In this document: piece after piece, positions 36,754 to 46,774 of the stretch | Position numbering within the stretch: position 1 is the first letter of the stretch | How the letters are laid out: the number at the start of each line of letters is the position of its first letter | Assembly: GCA_028704555.1 (NCBI GenBank) | Contig: JAQWFD010000019.1 | Coordinates: 880 to 64,879, forward strand | DNA length: 64,000 nucleotides | From: Desulfobacterales bacterium | GTDB lineage: Bacteria; Desulfobacterota; Desulfobacteria; Desulfobacterales; JAQWFD01 | Direction: 5' to 3' | Made by a program: the position numbers and the translations under genes | Notes under the pieces: model-generated | Database searches by the model: none | Told to the model about the DNA's origin: nothing | Seen by the model: the letters and a program-made list of their open reading frames with translations, nothing else

Positions 36754-37287
36754 TTACCCGAGCGGTTTTGGCCCTGCGCTCCGGGTATACTGATTGCTGA
36801 CCCATCCAAACCCGCCGTACGGTAATTTCACATACAACCAGCCCGGCGCCTGTCCCATGACAGCAAGCCGGTCACCCTTTTGCACCGTCCCGATCACCCC
36901 GTGTGTTTTTCCGGGTCCGGACCGGACATTCAACAGGTGAATGGTAACCGCCACCTGTCCGGCAGCCGTGACTACGCCATGGCCTTTTGTAACGTCGGCA
37001 ACCGGCATCGGTACGGCAACCGCTTCATAGCCGGCTGGAACCTTACGATAGTAAATATCATTGAGGACAAAATAGGTCAGTCCCGCCACCATCACGGTGT
37101 AAAATCCGGCCGAAAGACGCGGAATGACCCTCCCGGCGTGAGTTCCATGATATTGAAGGTCTCTGCCCCTCAAAGGCCTTCCTTGCGCAAAGGCGCTGGT
37201 ACTTGCAAATATGGCTGTCACAGCCAACATGATCAACGCCCGTTTGGGAAACCGCTGCTGGATAAACGTAAACGCTTTCATGAGCAT
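36754..37287 (-). CDS. secreted SH3b-domain protein
   Basis: Signal peptide ending AFAQG. C-terminal bacterial SH3 pattern LNVRSGPGKTHGVIGTVQKGDRLAVMGQAPGWLYVKL. Confidence 0.65.
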   Translation of the reverse strand: MLMKAFTFIQQRFPKRALIMLAVTAIFASTSAFAQGRPLRGRDLQYHGTHAGRVIPRLSAGFYTVMVAGLTYFVLNDIYYRKVPAGYEAVAVPMPVADVTKGHGVVTAAGQVAVTIHLLNVRSGPGKTHGVIGTVQKGDRLAVMGQAPGWLYVKLPYGGFGWVSNQYTRSAGPKPLG

Positions 37288-37696
37288 TCTTCCTTTTTTT
37301 ATAAACGGATTTTAAATCCTGTTATTGCAACCGGCGTCGGTTTTCGCTCCTCATTTTGCGATACTGCGCCGGCGGATCCGGGGTCACAGAGCCAAGCCCC
37401 CGGTTGATTACGGCCGTCAAACCGCAGATACCGGCAGATCAAGACAACTTATCTGCATCCTGCGGCATGTAATGGCTTAAGTCGGATGCCATTCAGAAAA
37501 GGTTACAGTATAGATAAAATTTTTTGCCCGGATATCACAAAATTTGTGGCTGCCGCATACCCGGGGCCGGCGTCAAGGCTGATGCTTGAGCGAGCGCCTT
37601 TGATTATGAAAGGGGATCGTTCGAAGATATATGATGCGGGGTTATCCACCGTTTCAGCGCCGAAGGATGAGAGGGGCTGAATTGCCCCGAAAAACG

Positions 37697-39205
37697 TCAG
37701 AAACCGGAATGCTGGCTTGCATCCGGCTTCCCCGGTCCGTTTCGATCTTTTACTGTTTTCTTCTGCATTGACGCCAGTTTTTTTTCGATTTTCTCTTTCC
37801 TGTCCGGATCGGTTGTCAGTTTCAAGGCCTGCTGAAGATGAAATATAGCCGTTTTAAACTCCCGTTTATCCTGATAATACAGTCCCAGGTAATAATGAGA
37901 TTCGCCCTTCCGGTCCTGTTTGTAATAGACTTCGCCCAGAACGTGGAATGCATTTACATACTCCGGATCTTTTTTCAACAGCGCAAGAAGCGATTTTTCC
38001 GCCTCATCCAGCTTTTCCATTTTCATCTGGCAGCTGCCGAGATAAAACAGACTCTCAACCGTGGCCGACGGGGGCCGGGCACTGAAATCAAGCAAATCCA
38101 GCGCATGCTCATATTGACCATCCATATAGTAAATACGCCCCAGATCTCCGAGCATATACGGATCCAACGCTTTTGCTTCGAGCGCTGCTTTCAAATGGGT
38201 AATGGCATCTTTCCGGTTTCCGGTTCTGGCCAGAATCAATCCGTAGCCGTAATGGGCCATGGCGTTTTCCGGTTCTTTGGCGATGGCATTCCTGAATTGA
38301 TTCATCGCCAGAGTTTCATCCCCGTAAAGGGCAATAATCCGGGTATGCGTTCTGGCGAACACATCAGGTCTTGCGGGATTATCGACCGATGCGCCGGAAA
38401 GCTGAGTCCGTTCCCGCCAGGCCACGATATGATTACGCCGCTCCTTTGCCGGAGGGTGAGTGGACAGATACGTCGGGATCTCGTCTCCGAACCAGTTTCT
38501 GTTCTGAATTTTTTCCAATGAATGGAGAAATCCCTCAGGCCCGTATCCGGCAAGAGTGACATAGGTTGCTCCGTACCGGTCTGCCTGAAATTCATATTCT
38601 CTGCTGTATGCCATCGCAATCGACTGGCCTCCGGCCAGTGAACCGATGGTTGCGGCCTGAGAAAGTTCACCCGCACCGCCAATTCCGAGCAGTATGCCTG
38701 CGGCAATACCCGCAAGAGAGACGATCTGGGTCTTTTTAGACTGATCGATACTCTCGGATATGTGGCGACAGGTTGCATGAGCAATCTCATGCGCCATGAT
38801 TCCGGCAAGTTCCTCCTCGCTGTCCATGGCCTTGAGCAGACCGGTGAATATGAATATATGACCCGCCGGCGCCGCAAAGGCATTGAATTCGTCTTTCCGG
38901 ATAACGTAAAAATGAAACGGAAACGGTTGAGGCGGAAGCACGCTGGTCAGGGTGCAGCCAACTGAATTGACATAATTGACAATATCCGGATCTTCCACAA
39001 ATTCATACCGCTCTCGAACCATTTTCATAAATTCAACGGAAAGTGCCTCTTCCTGTTTTATGGTGATCCCAAAGGCCGTTGCCGGCAGAACAACGCCTGT
39101 GATCAACGCCAGAATCATCATCGCCGTAAAAATTTTTTTCAAAACAGTATCGAACCTGATGCCTTGTTTTTTCATTCGCCTCCTGCCTGGCAGCCCATGC
39201 CGCAA
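37697..39205 (-). CDS. M48-family zinc metalloprotease with C-terminal TPR repeats (BepA/YfgC-like)
   Basis: HEIAH zinc motif followed by multiple TPR-like repeats. The likely start is MKKQGIR at 39175. Confidence 0.85.
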   Translation of the reverse strand: MRHGLPGRRRMKKQGIRFDTVLKKIFTAMMILALITGVVLPATAFGITIKQEEALSVEFMKMVRERYEFVEDPDIVNYVNSVGCTLTSVLPPQPFPFHFYVIRKDEFNAFAAPAGHIFIFTGLLKAMDSEEELAGIMAHEIAHATCRHISESIDQSKKTQIVSLAGIAAGILLGIGGAGELSQAATIGSLAGGQSIAMAYSREYEFQADRYGATYVTLAGYGPEGFLHSLEKIQNRNWFGDEIPTYLSTHPPAKERRNHIVAWRERTQLSGASVDNPARPDVFARTHTRIIALYGDETLAMNQFRNAIAKEPENAMAHYGYGLILARTGNRKDAITHLKAALEAKALDPYMLGDLGRIYYMDGQYEHALDLLDFSARPPSATVESLFYLGSCQMKMEKLDEAEKSLLALLKKDPEYVNAFHVLGEVYYKQDRKGESHYYLGLYYQDKREFKTAIFHLQQALKLTTDPDRKEKIEKKLASMQKKTVKDRNGPGKPDASQHSGF

Positions 39206-39448
39206 TCTTTATAATATTTTCCGTATTATACCAATCGGACAGAAATAATCCATAGCTAACTGCGGCAAGACCGGGACGTGCCATTTGCAACCTTTCATCG
39301 GTCCCCGTACAACTCCGGTATTTCGGATTTATTATTTTTCCTCTTCCGGACATTAAATCTGTAACTTTACCGAAGCCATCCACGACTGGGATGATAAAGG
39401 GAAAATTCACAGCAAAAAAACACATAGAACGAAAAAGGAAGGGACATC

Positions 39449-39922
39449 ATGAAACACACCTTTAAAAAACGAATCGGCCTGCTCGTATTTTCAATCCTCT
39501 TTCTGGGGATATCCTCCGCAAGTGTTCAAGCGTTTGATCATCCGATGACGGGGAAAAGGAATTTCGGCATGAAGATGTTAAACCGCCTGAACCTGTCCGA
39601 GTCTCAACAAACCAGAGTAAATGAGATCCTTACCAAACATCAGGAAGAAACTGAAGCGATCAGGGCTCGACTCCATGAAGCCAGACAGCAGCTTCATTCG
39701 GCAATCAGTACGGATCAATTCAATGAAACCGGAGTGCGTCAGGCCTGGCAGCAGCTGTCTCCGTTACTGGAAGAGATGATGGTATCACGGGCAACCGTCA
39801 TGTCCAGCGTAAAATCCGTGCTGACTCCGGATCAGTTAAACCAGTATGAACAGCTGAAAACAACGCATCTGAACAAAATGCGGGAACGAAGACAAATGAG
39901 AAAAGACATCTTCCGCGAATAA
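39449..39922 (+). CDS. periplasmic Spy/CpxP/ZraP-family (LTXXQ) protein
   Basis: Signal peptide, LNLSESQ and LTPDQ motifs, and an all-helical basic C-terminus. Confidence 0.8.
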   Translation: MKHTFKKRIGLLVFSILFLGISSASVQAFDHPMTGKRNFGMKMLNRLNLSESQQTRVNEILTKHQEETEAIRARLHEARQQLHSAISTDQFNETGVRQAWQQLSPLLEEMMVSRATVMSSVKSVLTPDQLNQYEQLKTTHLNKMRERRQMRKDIFRE

Positions 39923-39940
39923 TGGTAGAATTCGGCTGTC

Positions 39941-40005
39941 TGAAACACATCGGATAAAATCTCTTTGCATCCCCCGCAAAAAAAGATTTTATCCGACTGT
40001 GTTTC
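39941..40005 (+). terminator. long imperfect hairpin (22-bp arms) between the Spy-like gene and the ECF sigma gene
   Basis: TGAAACACATCGGATAAAATCT-N21-AGATTTTATCCGACTGTGTTTC, with one bulge. Begins 19 nt after the stop codon. No clear U-tract, so terminator function is uncertain. Confidence 0.35.
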
Positions 40006-40091
40006 CAGGCTGTCAAGGCATTGTATCACCCGATAAAGGGACGTCTGAAATTTCAAATGGTGTAATAAAGTGATGCAGCGGGATATGGGAT

Positions 40092-40688
40092 ATGACATGC
40101 GTAGCAGATGATGACATTGTCAAACAGGTCATTGGCGGCAATGTAAACGCCTTTGAATATCTGCTGAAAAAATATCAGGGGCATGTGATGAAAATTATCA
40201 GAAAACATATCCCCGGAAGCCATGCCGACGAAGCGGCTCAGGATGTTTTTGTGCGTGCCTATCAGGCGTTGCCGAATTACAAAAAAAAAGACAGCTTCAA
40301 ACCGTGGCTGTCCGTCATTGCCGTCCGGACCTGTTATGATTTCTGGAGAAAACGATACCGATCCAGGGAAAGGCCCATGAGCGAACTGAGCGATCGGCAT
40401 CAGGACTGGCTTCAACAGGTGTTGTCCGATCAATCGAGTCTGTCATACCATGACATTGTGCGGAAAAAAGAAGCCCGGGAGCTTCTGGATACCGCACTGA
40501 ACCAATTATCCGCCGAAGAACGGATCATTCTCGAACTGGTGCATCTGGAGGGGCTGAGCGGAAAAGAAGTTTCCCAACTTCTGGGATGGAGCATTGCCAA
40601 CGTAAAAATCCGATCCTATCGCGCCCGGAAAAAACTTCATAAAATATTGACACCATGGATTGAAGAAACCGAAGGGGGAAGACATTGA
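40092..40688 (+). CDS. ECF-family RNA polymerase sigma factor
   Basis: Region 2 (DEAAQDVFVRAY..FKPWLSVIAVR) and region 4 HTH (GKEVSQLLGWSIANVKIRSYRARKKL). Confidence 0.85.
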   Translation: MTCVADDDIVKQVIGGNVNAFEYLLKKYQGHVMKIIRKHIPGSHADEAAQDVFVRAYQALPNYKKKDSFKPWLSVIAVRTCYDFWRKRYRSRERPMSELSDRHQDWLQQVLSDQSSLSYHDIVRKKEARELLDTALNQLSAEERIILELVHLEGLSGKEVSQLLGWSIANVKIRSYRARKKLHKILTPWIEETEGGRH

Positions 40689-40999
40689 TTCAAAAAAAAA
40701 TAAAAAAGCTGACATCCATATTCCGGCAGACATATCAGCTGGAGGGAAAAACCGATGCCGGGGATATCCGGTGCGCGCAGGTCATGGACCGTATCCGGAG
40801 CCTTGGGCCGCTGCCTTCCGGAGCAGATGTGTTTATGTGGTTTGAACAGGTTGTCTGGCGTTTGTCCCCGGCGGCGCTGGTGCTGATTCTCGTTGCGGCC
40901 TTTTGCCTGACACAACTGGACATACTGGCCGACCATGAGGTGTTCAGCCTGTTTGAAGATACCGAAGAGATTACACTGGCCCAATTATTCGTCCCATGA
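40685..40999 (+). CDS. small single-TM protein, candidate anti-sigma factor
   Basis: TTG start overlaps the sigma gene stop (ATTGA). One TM (LSPAALVLILVAAFCL). No family recognised; the call rests on position only. Confidence 0.4.
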   Translation: MIQKKIKKLTSIFRQTYQLEGKTDAGDIRCAQVMDRIRSLGPLPSGADVFMWFEQVVWRLSPAALVLILVAAFCLTQLDILADHEVFSLFEDTEEITLAQLFVP

Positions 41000-41008
41000 G
41001 GTGAGAAT

Positions 41009-41377
41009 ATGAAAAAATGGAAATTTATCACGGGTATCGTTCTGATATTTTTTTTGGGAGCACTCATCGGTTCCCTGGGGACCGGGCTGTTTTTAAAATA
41101 TCAATTTTCCGGCCACAGAAAACCTGAAACGGCAAAAATGACCGTCATGAAACGCCTGGTCCGGCAACTGGATCTGACCGCGGACCAGAAGCCCCGGATC
41201 GAAGCCATCGTGGATCAGATCCAGACGCAAACCCGAGATCATTTTCGTAAAACCCGAGAGGAAATGAAAGGGATTATCGCCCAGGGCATTGCCCGGATAA
41301 AAAAGGAATTGAACCCGGATCAGCAGAAAAAACTGGATGAACTGCACGAACGATTCAAACGACGGCACAAGCGATAG
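41009..41377 (+). CDS. membrane-anchored Spy/CpxP/CnrX-like periplasmic protein
   Basis: N-terminal TM anchor, LDLTADQ and LNPDQ motifs, and a helical basic tail. Confidence 0.7.
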   Translation: MKKWKFITGIVLIFFLGALIGSLGTGLFLKYQFSGHRKPETAKMTVMKRLVRQLDLTADQKPRIEAIVDQIQTQTRDHFRKTREEMKGIIAQGIARIKKELNPDQQKKLDELHERFKRRHKR

Positions 41378-41529
41378 GATCCCCTGACGCAGCCTCTCCC
41401 GGAAGCCTGATACCGTTGAGCCGTTAAAAGGTCACTCTCATCCACATGATTTCACAGATTGGCACAGATTAATCAATGGAATTGTTCCTTAAATCTGCAT
41501 AATCCGTGAAATCTGTGGATAAAATTTTC

Positions 41530-43449
41530 TCATCGCTCAAAATAAGTATAGCCGCGCAAACCATCCTCATAGGCCCGCATGATATCCCGGCGGTCCTGAG
41601 CCGTAATTCTTTTTTCCTGAACCGCCTCTTCGGCGGTCTTGCGGACCCGCTCCACCATGTTTTTGGCATCGAACTCCACATATGAGAGCACGTCAGCCAC
41701 GGAATCTCCCTCCTGTTCACGAACAAACGTGTATTCACCAGTTTCTTCCACACGGATGCTGACCACGTTGGTATCTCCGAAAAGGTTATGCAGATCTCCC
41801 AGCGTTTCCTGATAGGCCCCCACCAGAAATACCCCCAGATAATAATCTTTATTTTCCTGGAGTTCATGAACCGAAAGGGCGTGCCGGACCCCGTGCATAT
41901 CAATGAACCGGTCAATTTTTCCATCACAGTCGCAGGTAATATCCGCCAGAATGGCCTTACAGGTCGGCATTTCATCCAGCCGGTGAATGGGCATGACCGG
42001 AAACAGATGGCCGATGGCCCAGGAATCCGGAAGAGATTGAAATACGCTGAAATTTGCATAATACGTATCGGACAGGGCCACATCAATCGACTCCAGATCC
42101 TTGGGAACATATTTCATATTTTCTATATTCAGGCTGATTTTTTTGACAATATGCCAGAAAATCTTTTCAGCCAGACTTCGCTCCCGCAGGGAAATTTCAC
42201 CATGCCTGAACAGCTGCCGGACCAGATCCCGATAATAAATTGCATCGTTGAAGCATTCCTGAATATTTTTTACCGACAGGGTATTTAACACTTCGATTAA
42301 ATTCCGGATCTCTTCCGGCCCATCTTCCGGAAATTTTTCCGGCAGCGTCAGATCCTCAACACGGTTCACATCCAGAATATTAAACAGCAGCACCGAATAA
42401 TAAGCGACCGTGGCCCGGCCGGATTCAGTGATAATGGTCGGATGCGCTACATGCTCTTCATCCAGTGTGGACATGATGGACTCGATGATATCTGAGCAAT
42501 ACTCATCCAGCGTGTAGTTGCGGCTGTTGGTAAAATTGGTGTGAGATCCGTCATAATCCACCGCAAGGCCGCCACCGATATCAAAATACTTCATGGCGGC
42601 CCCTTCGTTGACCATGCCTGAATACACCCGGCAAGCCTCCAGCACCGCTGAACGAATGTCCCGGATATTGGGAATTTGTGATCCCAGATGATAATGAAGC
42701 AGCTGCAGGCAATCCAGCATATCATTTTCTTTTATCTTCTCAATGACTTCCACAATCTGAGTCGTATTCAGGCCAAAAATGCTCCGGTCCCCCCCGGACT
42801 CGGTCCAGTGTCCCCCGGCCTGAGTGGACAACTTGAACCGGACGCCGATCAGGGGACGGATATTGAGCGCTCTGGAGCGTTCGAGAATCAGATCCACTTC
42901 GCGGGGTATCTCAACCACAAAAAAGCATTTAAATCCCATTTTGCCGGCATAGAGGCCCAGATCGACGAAATCCTTATCTTTATAGCCGTTACAGATCAGA
43001 CAGGCTTCTTTATCCTCGAGAAGTGAAAGGGCGGCAATCAGTTCCGCCTTGCTTCCGGCCTCCAGGCCGTGATGGTAACGGGCGCCGAAACGGGTGATCG
43101 CCTCGATGACCTGCTGCTGCTGATTGACCTTGATAGGATATACCCCCTTAAAGTCACCTTGATAGTTGTTTTGTTTTATTGCAGCACGAAAACTTTCATG
43201 AAGCTGACTGATCTGGGACTCCAGAATATTTTCGACGCGAAGCAGAACCGGCATTTCATAGCCCCGTTCTACGATACCGGACACAATGTCCATCAGGCTG
43301 ACAGACAATTCCGGTTTATCGAGAACCGGATTGACCGTCACATTACCGTCCTCGGAAATTCTGAAATAACCTGCCCCCCAGCTCTGAATTTGATAAAGGT
43401 CCGTAGAATCCTGAATTGTCCATCTTTCAAGAGTACTTTTCAATTTCAT
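41530..43449 (-). CDS. speA: biosynthetic arginine decarboxylase
   Basis: 639 aa. N-terminal WTIQDSTDLYQIQSWGAGYF, PLP-site context YPIKVNQQ, and GGGLAVDYDG are typical of SpeA. Confidence 0.95.
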   Translation of the reverse strand: MKLKSTLERWTIQDSTDLYQIQSWGAGYFRISEDGNVTVNPVLDKPELSVSLMDIVSGIVERGYEMPVLLRVENILESQISQLHESFRAAIKQNNYQGDFKGVYPIKVNQQQQVIEAITRFGARYHHGLEAGSKAELIAALSLLEDKEACLICNGYKDKDFVDLGLYAGKMGFKCFFVVEIPREVDLILERSRALNIRPLIGVRFKLSTQAGGHWTESGGDRSIFGLNTTQIVEVIEKIKENDMLDCLQLLHYHLGSQIPNIRDIRSAVLEACRVYSGMVNEGAAMKYFDIGGGLAVDYDGSHTNFTNSRNYTLDEYCSDIIESIMSTLDEEHVAHPTIITESGRATVAYYSVLLFNILDVNRVEDLTLPEKFPEDGPEEIRNLIEVLNTLSVKNIQECFNDAIYYRDLVRQLFRHGEISLRERSLAEKIFWHIVKKISLNIENMKYVPKDLESIDVALSDTYYANFSVFQSLPDSWAIGHLFPVMPIHRLDEMPTCKAILADITCDCDGKIDRFIDMHGVRHALSVHELQENKDYYLGVFLVGAYQETLGDLHNLFGDTNVVSIRVEETGEYTFVREQEGDSVADVLSYVEFDAKNMVERVRKTAEEAVQEKRITAQDRRDIMRAYEDGLRGYTYFER

Positions 43450-43802
43450 TATAATCCTTTTTTATTGACTTGGACGTTATCTGACAAAAGAGGGAAACCC
43501 CTTGCCACCAATGGTGTTGCAATAAACAAATTCTGGAAGCATATAGAAAATTTTTCAAGGATATGCAATTCATTTATGCCGTAGGATAGCAGCTGACAAT
43601 TCTTCATTATTCGTCGAAGACTGTCAATACTGAAATTTCGAATTTCAAATATTTTCAATCAATAAGAAGTCTTTTCGAAGTCTGCGTTTATCAACCCGAT
43701 CTCAGCGTGTCAATCTGCCGGATTGTTTATGAGGCGCGCTCAGGTATCGCGCATTCCGCAGAATTTAAGCCGCCCTGAGCCTGAACTTTTTATTTTGCCA
43801 TC

Positions 43803-44642
43803 TCAATAGGCCAGTGCCTGCATCACCGACCAGATCAGTATCCCGACGGTACCGGTCATACATGCGGCGGCAAGCATCTTATGGGCCAGATTTTCTTTCC
43901 GCTTTTCATGATATCCCAGCAAAAAGGCGAGAATCGCACCCGAAACAAATCCTCCGGCATGGCCCCAGTTGTTGATACCCGGCATCAGCATTCCGAACAG
44001 GATAATGGAGATGACCCAGCCGCCGGTCTGCTTGTAAATCATCTGTCCATAGGTGCCGCCCCGGCTTTTGCCGTAATACATGGCAGCACCGATCAGGCCG
44101 CAGACAGCGGCCGATGCGCCGATGGTAAAGGAAACTCCGGCCAGATACGAGAGCAAAAACCCGCAGATACCGCAAACATGATAGATCAATACCATCCGGT
44201 AAACGCCATATTCCTGAACAATCAGAGCGGCTATCTGACGAAACGCCACCATGTTGAACAGCAGATGAAAGATCCCCCCGTGAAGATAATTGGCAGAAAT
44301 CAGGGTCCACCAGCGGTGCAGCCGGTCGATGGGAACCGTTCCGGTGGCTCCCAGCAGCAGAAGATTCTGATTCGAGGGGGAAACCAGGGACATGGGATCA
44401 AACCGAAACCCGGATTCCCTCGGATAAATAATTAACGATATCAAATACATGGCGACATTCATGTAAATGATAATTCGAACATACCATTGCGCATCTTTGA
44501 ATCCTTTGATGAAGGCCGTGTGTTTCCACCATGCGCCCGGATTGCGCATGCCGCAGTAAGGGCAGCGGGATTCATCGCTGCTGATCAGCTTGTTGCAACC
44601 GGGACACAGAACCGCGCGTTTGCGTTCAGGATTCATGGTCAT
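43803..44642 (-). CDS. rhomboid-family intramembrane serine protease with an N-terminal zinc ribbon
   Basis: CPGC..CPYC ribbon. Six TMs, catalytic GASAAV (GxSxx) and a downstream HAGG His. Confidence 0.85.
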   Translation of the reverse strand: MTMNPERKRAVLCPGCNKLISSDESRCPYCGMRNPGAWWKHTAFIKGFKDAQWYVRIIIYMNVAMYLISLIIYPRESGFRFDPMSLVSPSNQNLLLLGATGTVPIDRLHRWWTLISANYLHGGIFHLLFNMVAFRQIAALIVQEYGVYRMVLIYHVCGICGFLLSYLAGVSFTIGASAAVCGLIGAAMYYGKSRGGTYGQMIYKQTGGWVISIILFGMLMPGINNWGHAGGFVSGAILAFLLGYHEKRKENLAHKMLAAACMTGTVGILIWSVMQALAY

Positions 44643-44752
44643 CTCCTTTAGGGCTCACCCTCTTCTGACAGGCCAAATCGCGGGGAGAATACGCCGAATT
44701 TGCAAATTTCCCGGATAAAATTCAGTCAGCAGAGGGCACAAAGGTCAAAAAG

Positions 44753-44811
44753 CAGAGGACAGCGGTCAGAAAACAGCTGCCTGCTATCTGTTCTCTGACC
44801 TCTGTCCTCTG
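44753..44811. repeat. 24-bp-arm hairpin built from inverted heptad arrays
   Basis: CAGAGGACAGCGGTCAGAAAACAG-N11-CTGTTCTCTGACCTCTGTCCTCTG, with 22 of 24 positions paired. Lies 22 nt downstream of the OYE gene stop. Confidence 0.85.
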
Positions 44812-44833
44812 TCACCGGATAGCTGTTTACTCC

Positions 44834-45949
44834 CTACTTCTTACTGCCTGCTGCCAGCCTTTCCCGCGTGACGCAAAAAATCCCCTTACCGTCCCGGGCC
44901 GGGCCATAGCACAGATTATCCGAAATACACGCGGCACTTCGAAGGTCACCGGACTCCCAGCGCCGGATCAGATCCGGCTCACAGATCAGCGGACGGCACA
45001 GCGATATATAGTCGGCCACGCCATCGTTTACCAGCGCTTCAGCCACCGGAAAAGACCGGATTCCGCCGACCAGGATCAACGGCACATGGATCTGCTGCTT
45101 ATACCGAATGGCCGCCTTACGGTAATAGGCCTCATCCTCTGAAGCGATTTTCCCCGGCCTGGAAAATATGTATTTACCGGAATAACGCGTCCCGCCACTC
45201 ATTTCAATGGCATCGATCCCCTCTTTTTCGAGTACGCCCGACAGGCGTATCATCTCATCCAGGCTGAAACCATCCGGCAGAAAATCTTCCGAATTGAGTT
45301 TGATCAATACCGGATAATCCTTTCCTGCGATTGCCCGAACCCTGCGATAGATCTGCACGATCAATCGATAGCGATTTTCCGGACTGCCACCGTATTCATC
45401 GGTACGTTTATTAAAATAAGGGGACAAAAACTGATTCAGCAGGTACCCGTGAGCAGCATGAATCTGCACCCCGTCAAAGCCGGCTTCCAGAGCACGACGT
45501 GCGCCGTCACCAAATGATTCCACCATCTGACGGATTTGATCCCGCGTCATCTCGCGGACGTCACCATCAGGTTCTCCGGCCGGCGAGGAAGGCCCTTTGG
45601 CCGGGTGCCCGGTCAGCTGAGTTACCGCCTGGCACCCGGCATGCGCCAGCTGCAGAACGATTTTTCCACCCGCATGATGAACCGCCCCGGTCATCTGCCT
45701 GAGGCCTTCCACCTGCTCATCGCAGTAAATGCCCAGCTGCCCGGGGCCAGCCTGCCCGTCACGCTGAACATAGGCATGGCCGGTGATAATCATTCCCACC
45801 CGGCCCTCGGCAAGCGCCTCCATTAACCGGGTAAGTTCGGGCGTACAGAACCCGTCGCCGGTCGCCATTCCCTCCCATGTTGCCGAACGGACAAACCGGT
45901 TTTTCAGAATCATGTTATTCATTTTCGTGGTATCAAACAAAATCGACAT
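44834..45949 (-). CDS. NADH:flavin oxidoreductase (Old Yellow Enzyme family)
   Basis: TIM-barrel OYE motifs GFDGVQIHAAHGYLLNQFLSP and RTDEYGGS. Confidence 0.9.
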   Translation of the reverse strand: MSILFDTTKMNNMILKNRFVRSATWEGMATGDGFCTPELTRLMEALAEGRVGMIITGHAYVQRDGQAGPGQLGIYCDEQVEGLRQMTGAVHHAGGKIVLQLAHAGCQAVTQLTGHPAKGPSSPAGEPDGDVREMTRDQIRQMVESFGDGARRALEAGFDGVQIHAAHGYLLNQFLSPYFNKRTDEYGGSPENRYRLIVQIYRRVRAIAGKDYPVLIKLNSEDFLPDGFSLDEMIRLSGVLEKEGIDAIEMSGGTRYSGKYIFSRPGKIASEDEAYYRKAAIRYKQQIHVPLILVGGIRSFPVAEALVNDGVADYISLCRPLICEPDLIRRWESGDLRSAACISDNLCYGPARDGKGIFCVTRERLAAGSKK

Positions 45950-46286
45950 GGTTAATTCATAACCTCCCTGAATATCATACGGATTATTTATTGGCTGCCA
46001 GTCATCACCGGCACAATGCCGGTATATACATCAGCGGTGTGATATAGAATAAGGATTTTAGGGATACGGAATATAGCTCCATTTGAGAATGGCCGAATCA
46101 AGGCCAGCATAAACAAACAACAGAGAAAGAATCAACACCAAAAGCCCGCAGCGGCAAATTATAACAAGTTTAGAGGCAACGTGCTCGAAAGCGTTTATTT
46201 TCCGAAAACATCCTCCGTGCCTTATCCGTTGAAGGCTGTCAAAAAAACGAAATCTTTTTACCGGACATATTTACCGCCCGCTTCGC

Positions 46287-46553
46287 TCAAGGCGCACAGA
46301 AAACTCTTTTTAAAAAAATATTCCATTTTTTCATGTACTTCCAGACAGCTGTCCGACTCACACCCAGCTGCCGGGCCACCTCCGCCTTATTCCACTTCGA
46401 CTGGTTCAAGCGTTTAACCAGAGACTCACGATCCAGATACGGTGAGACGCCGTAACCCGGAGACCGGCCCGAAGATTTCGAAAAATCGGATGACAAATGA
46501 TTCATCGTTCGAATTTCAACCGGAAGATCCGGTACATCGATCCGGTTCTCCCG
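46287..46553 (-). pseudogene. C-terminal remnant of a sigma-54-dependent activator (Fis-type HTH only)
   Basis: The open frame reads RIDVPDLPVEI...NKAEVARQLGVSRTAVWKYMKKW. No AAA+ domain lies upstream, only AT-rich DNA. Confidence 0.5.
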
Positions 46554-46774
46554 TCAAAGCACACATGCTTGTCATATTTTTTGGATATATTACGGGCAAT
46601 GGCGAACAGGCTGTATTAGACATAAAAATTTTATTTGTAAAATCAATAAGTTAAATATTATAATGTTGTCTGATAGACATTCCGGGTAATATATTGAAAA
46701 TATAAATGCAGACACCCCCATACAATCGTAAAAAAATACCACAAACATAACGGAACGTAACAGGAAGGATCATC

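Noticed and set aside
41443-41516. Possible bidirectional terminator between the CnrX-like gene and speA (CCACATGATTTCAC ... GTGAAATCTGTGG).
   Set aside because: The arms are imperfect, with one indel, and are separated by about 47 nt. There is no U-tract on either strand, so support is too weak to annotate.
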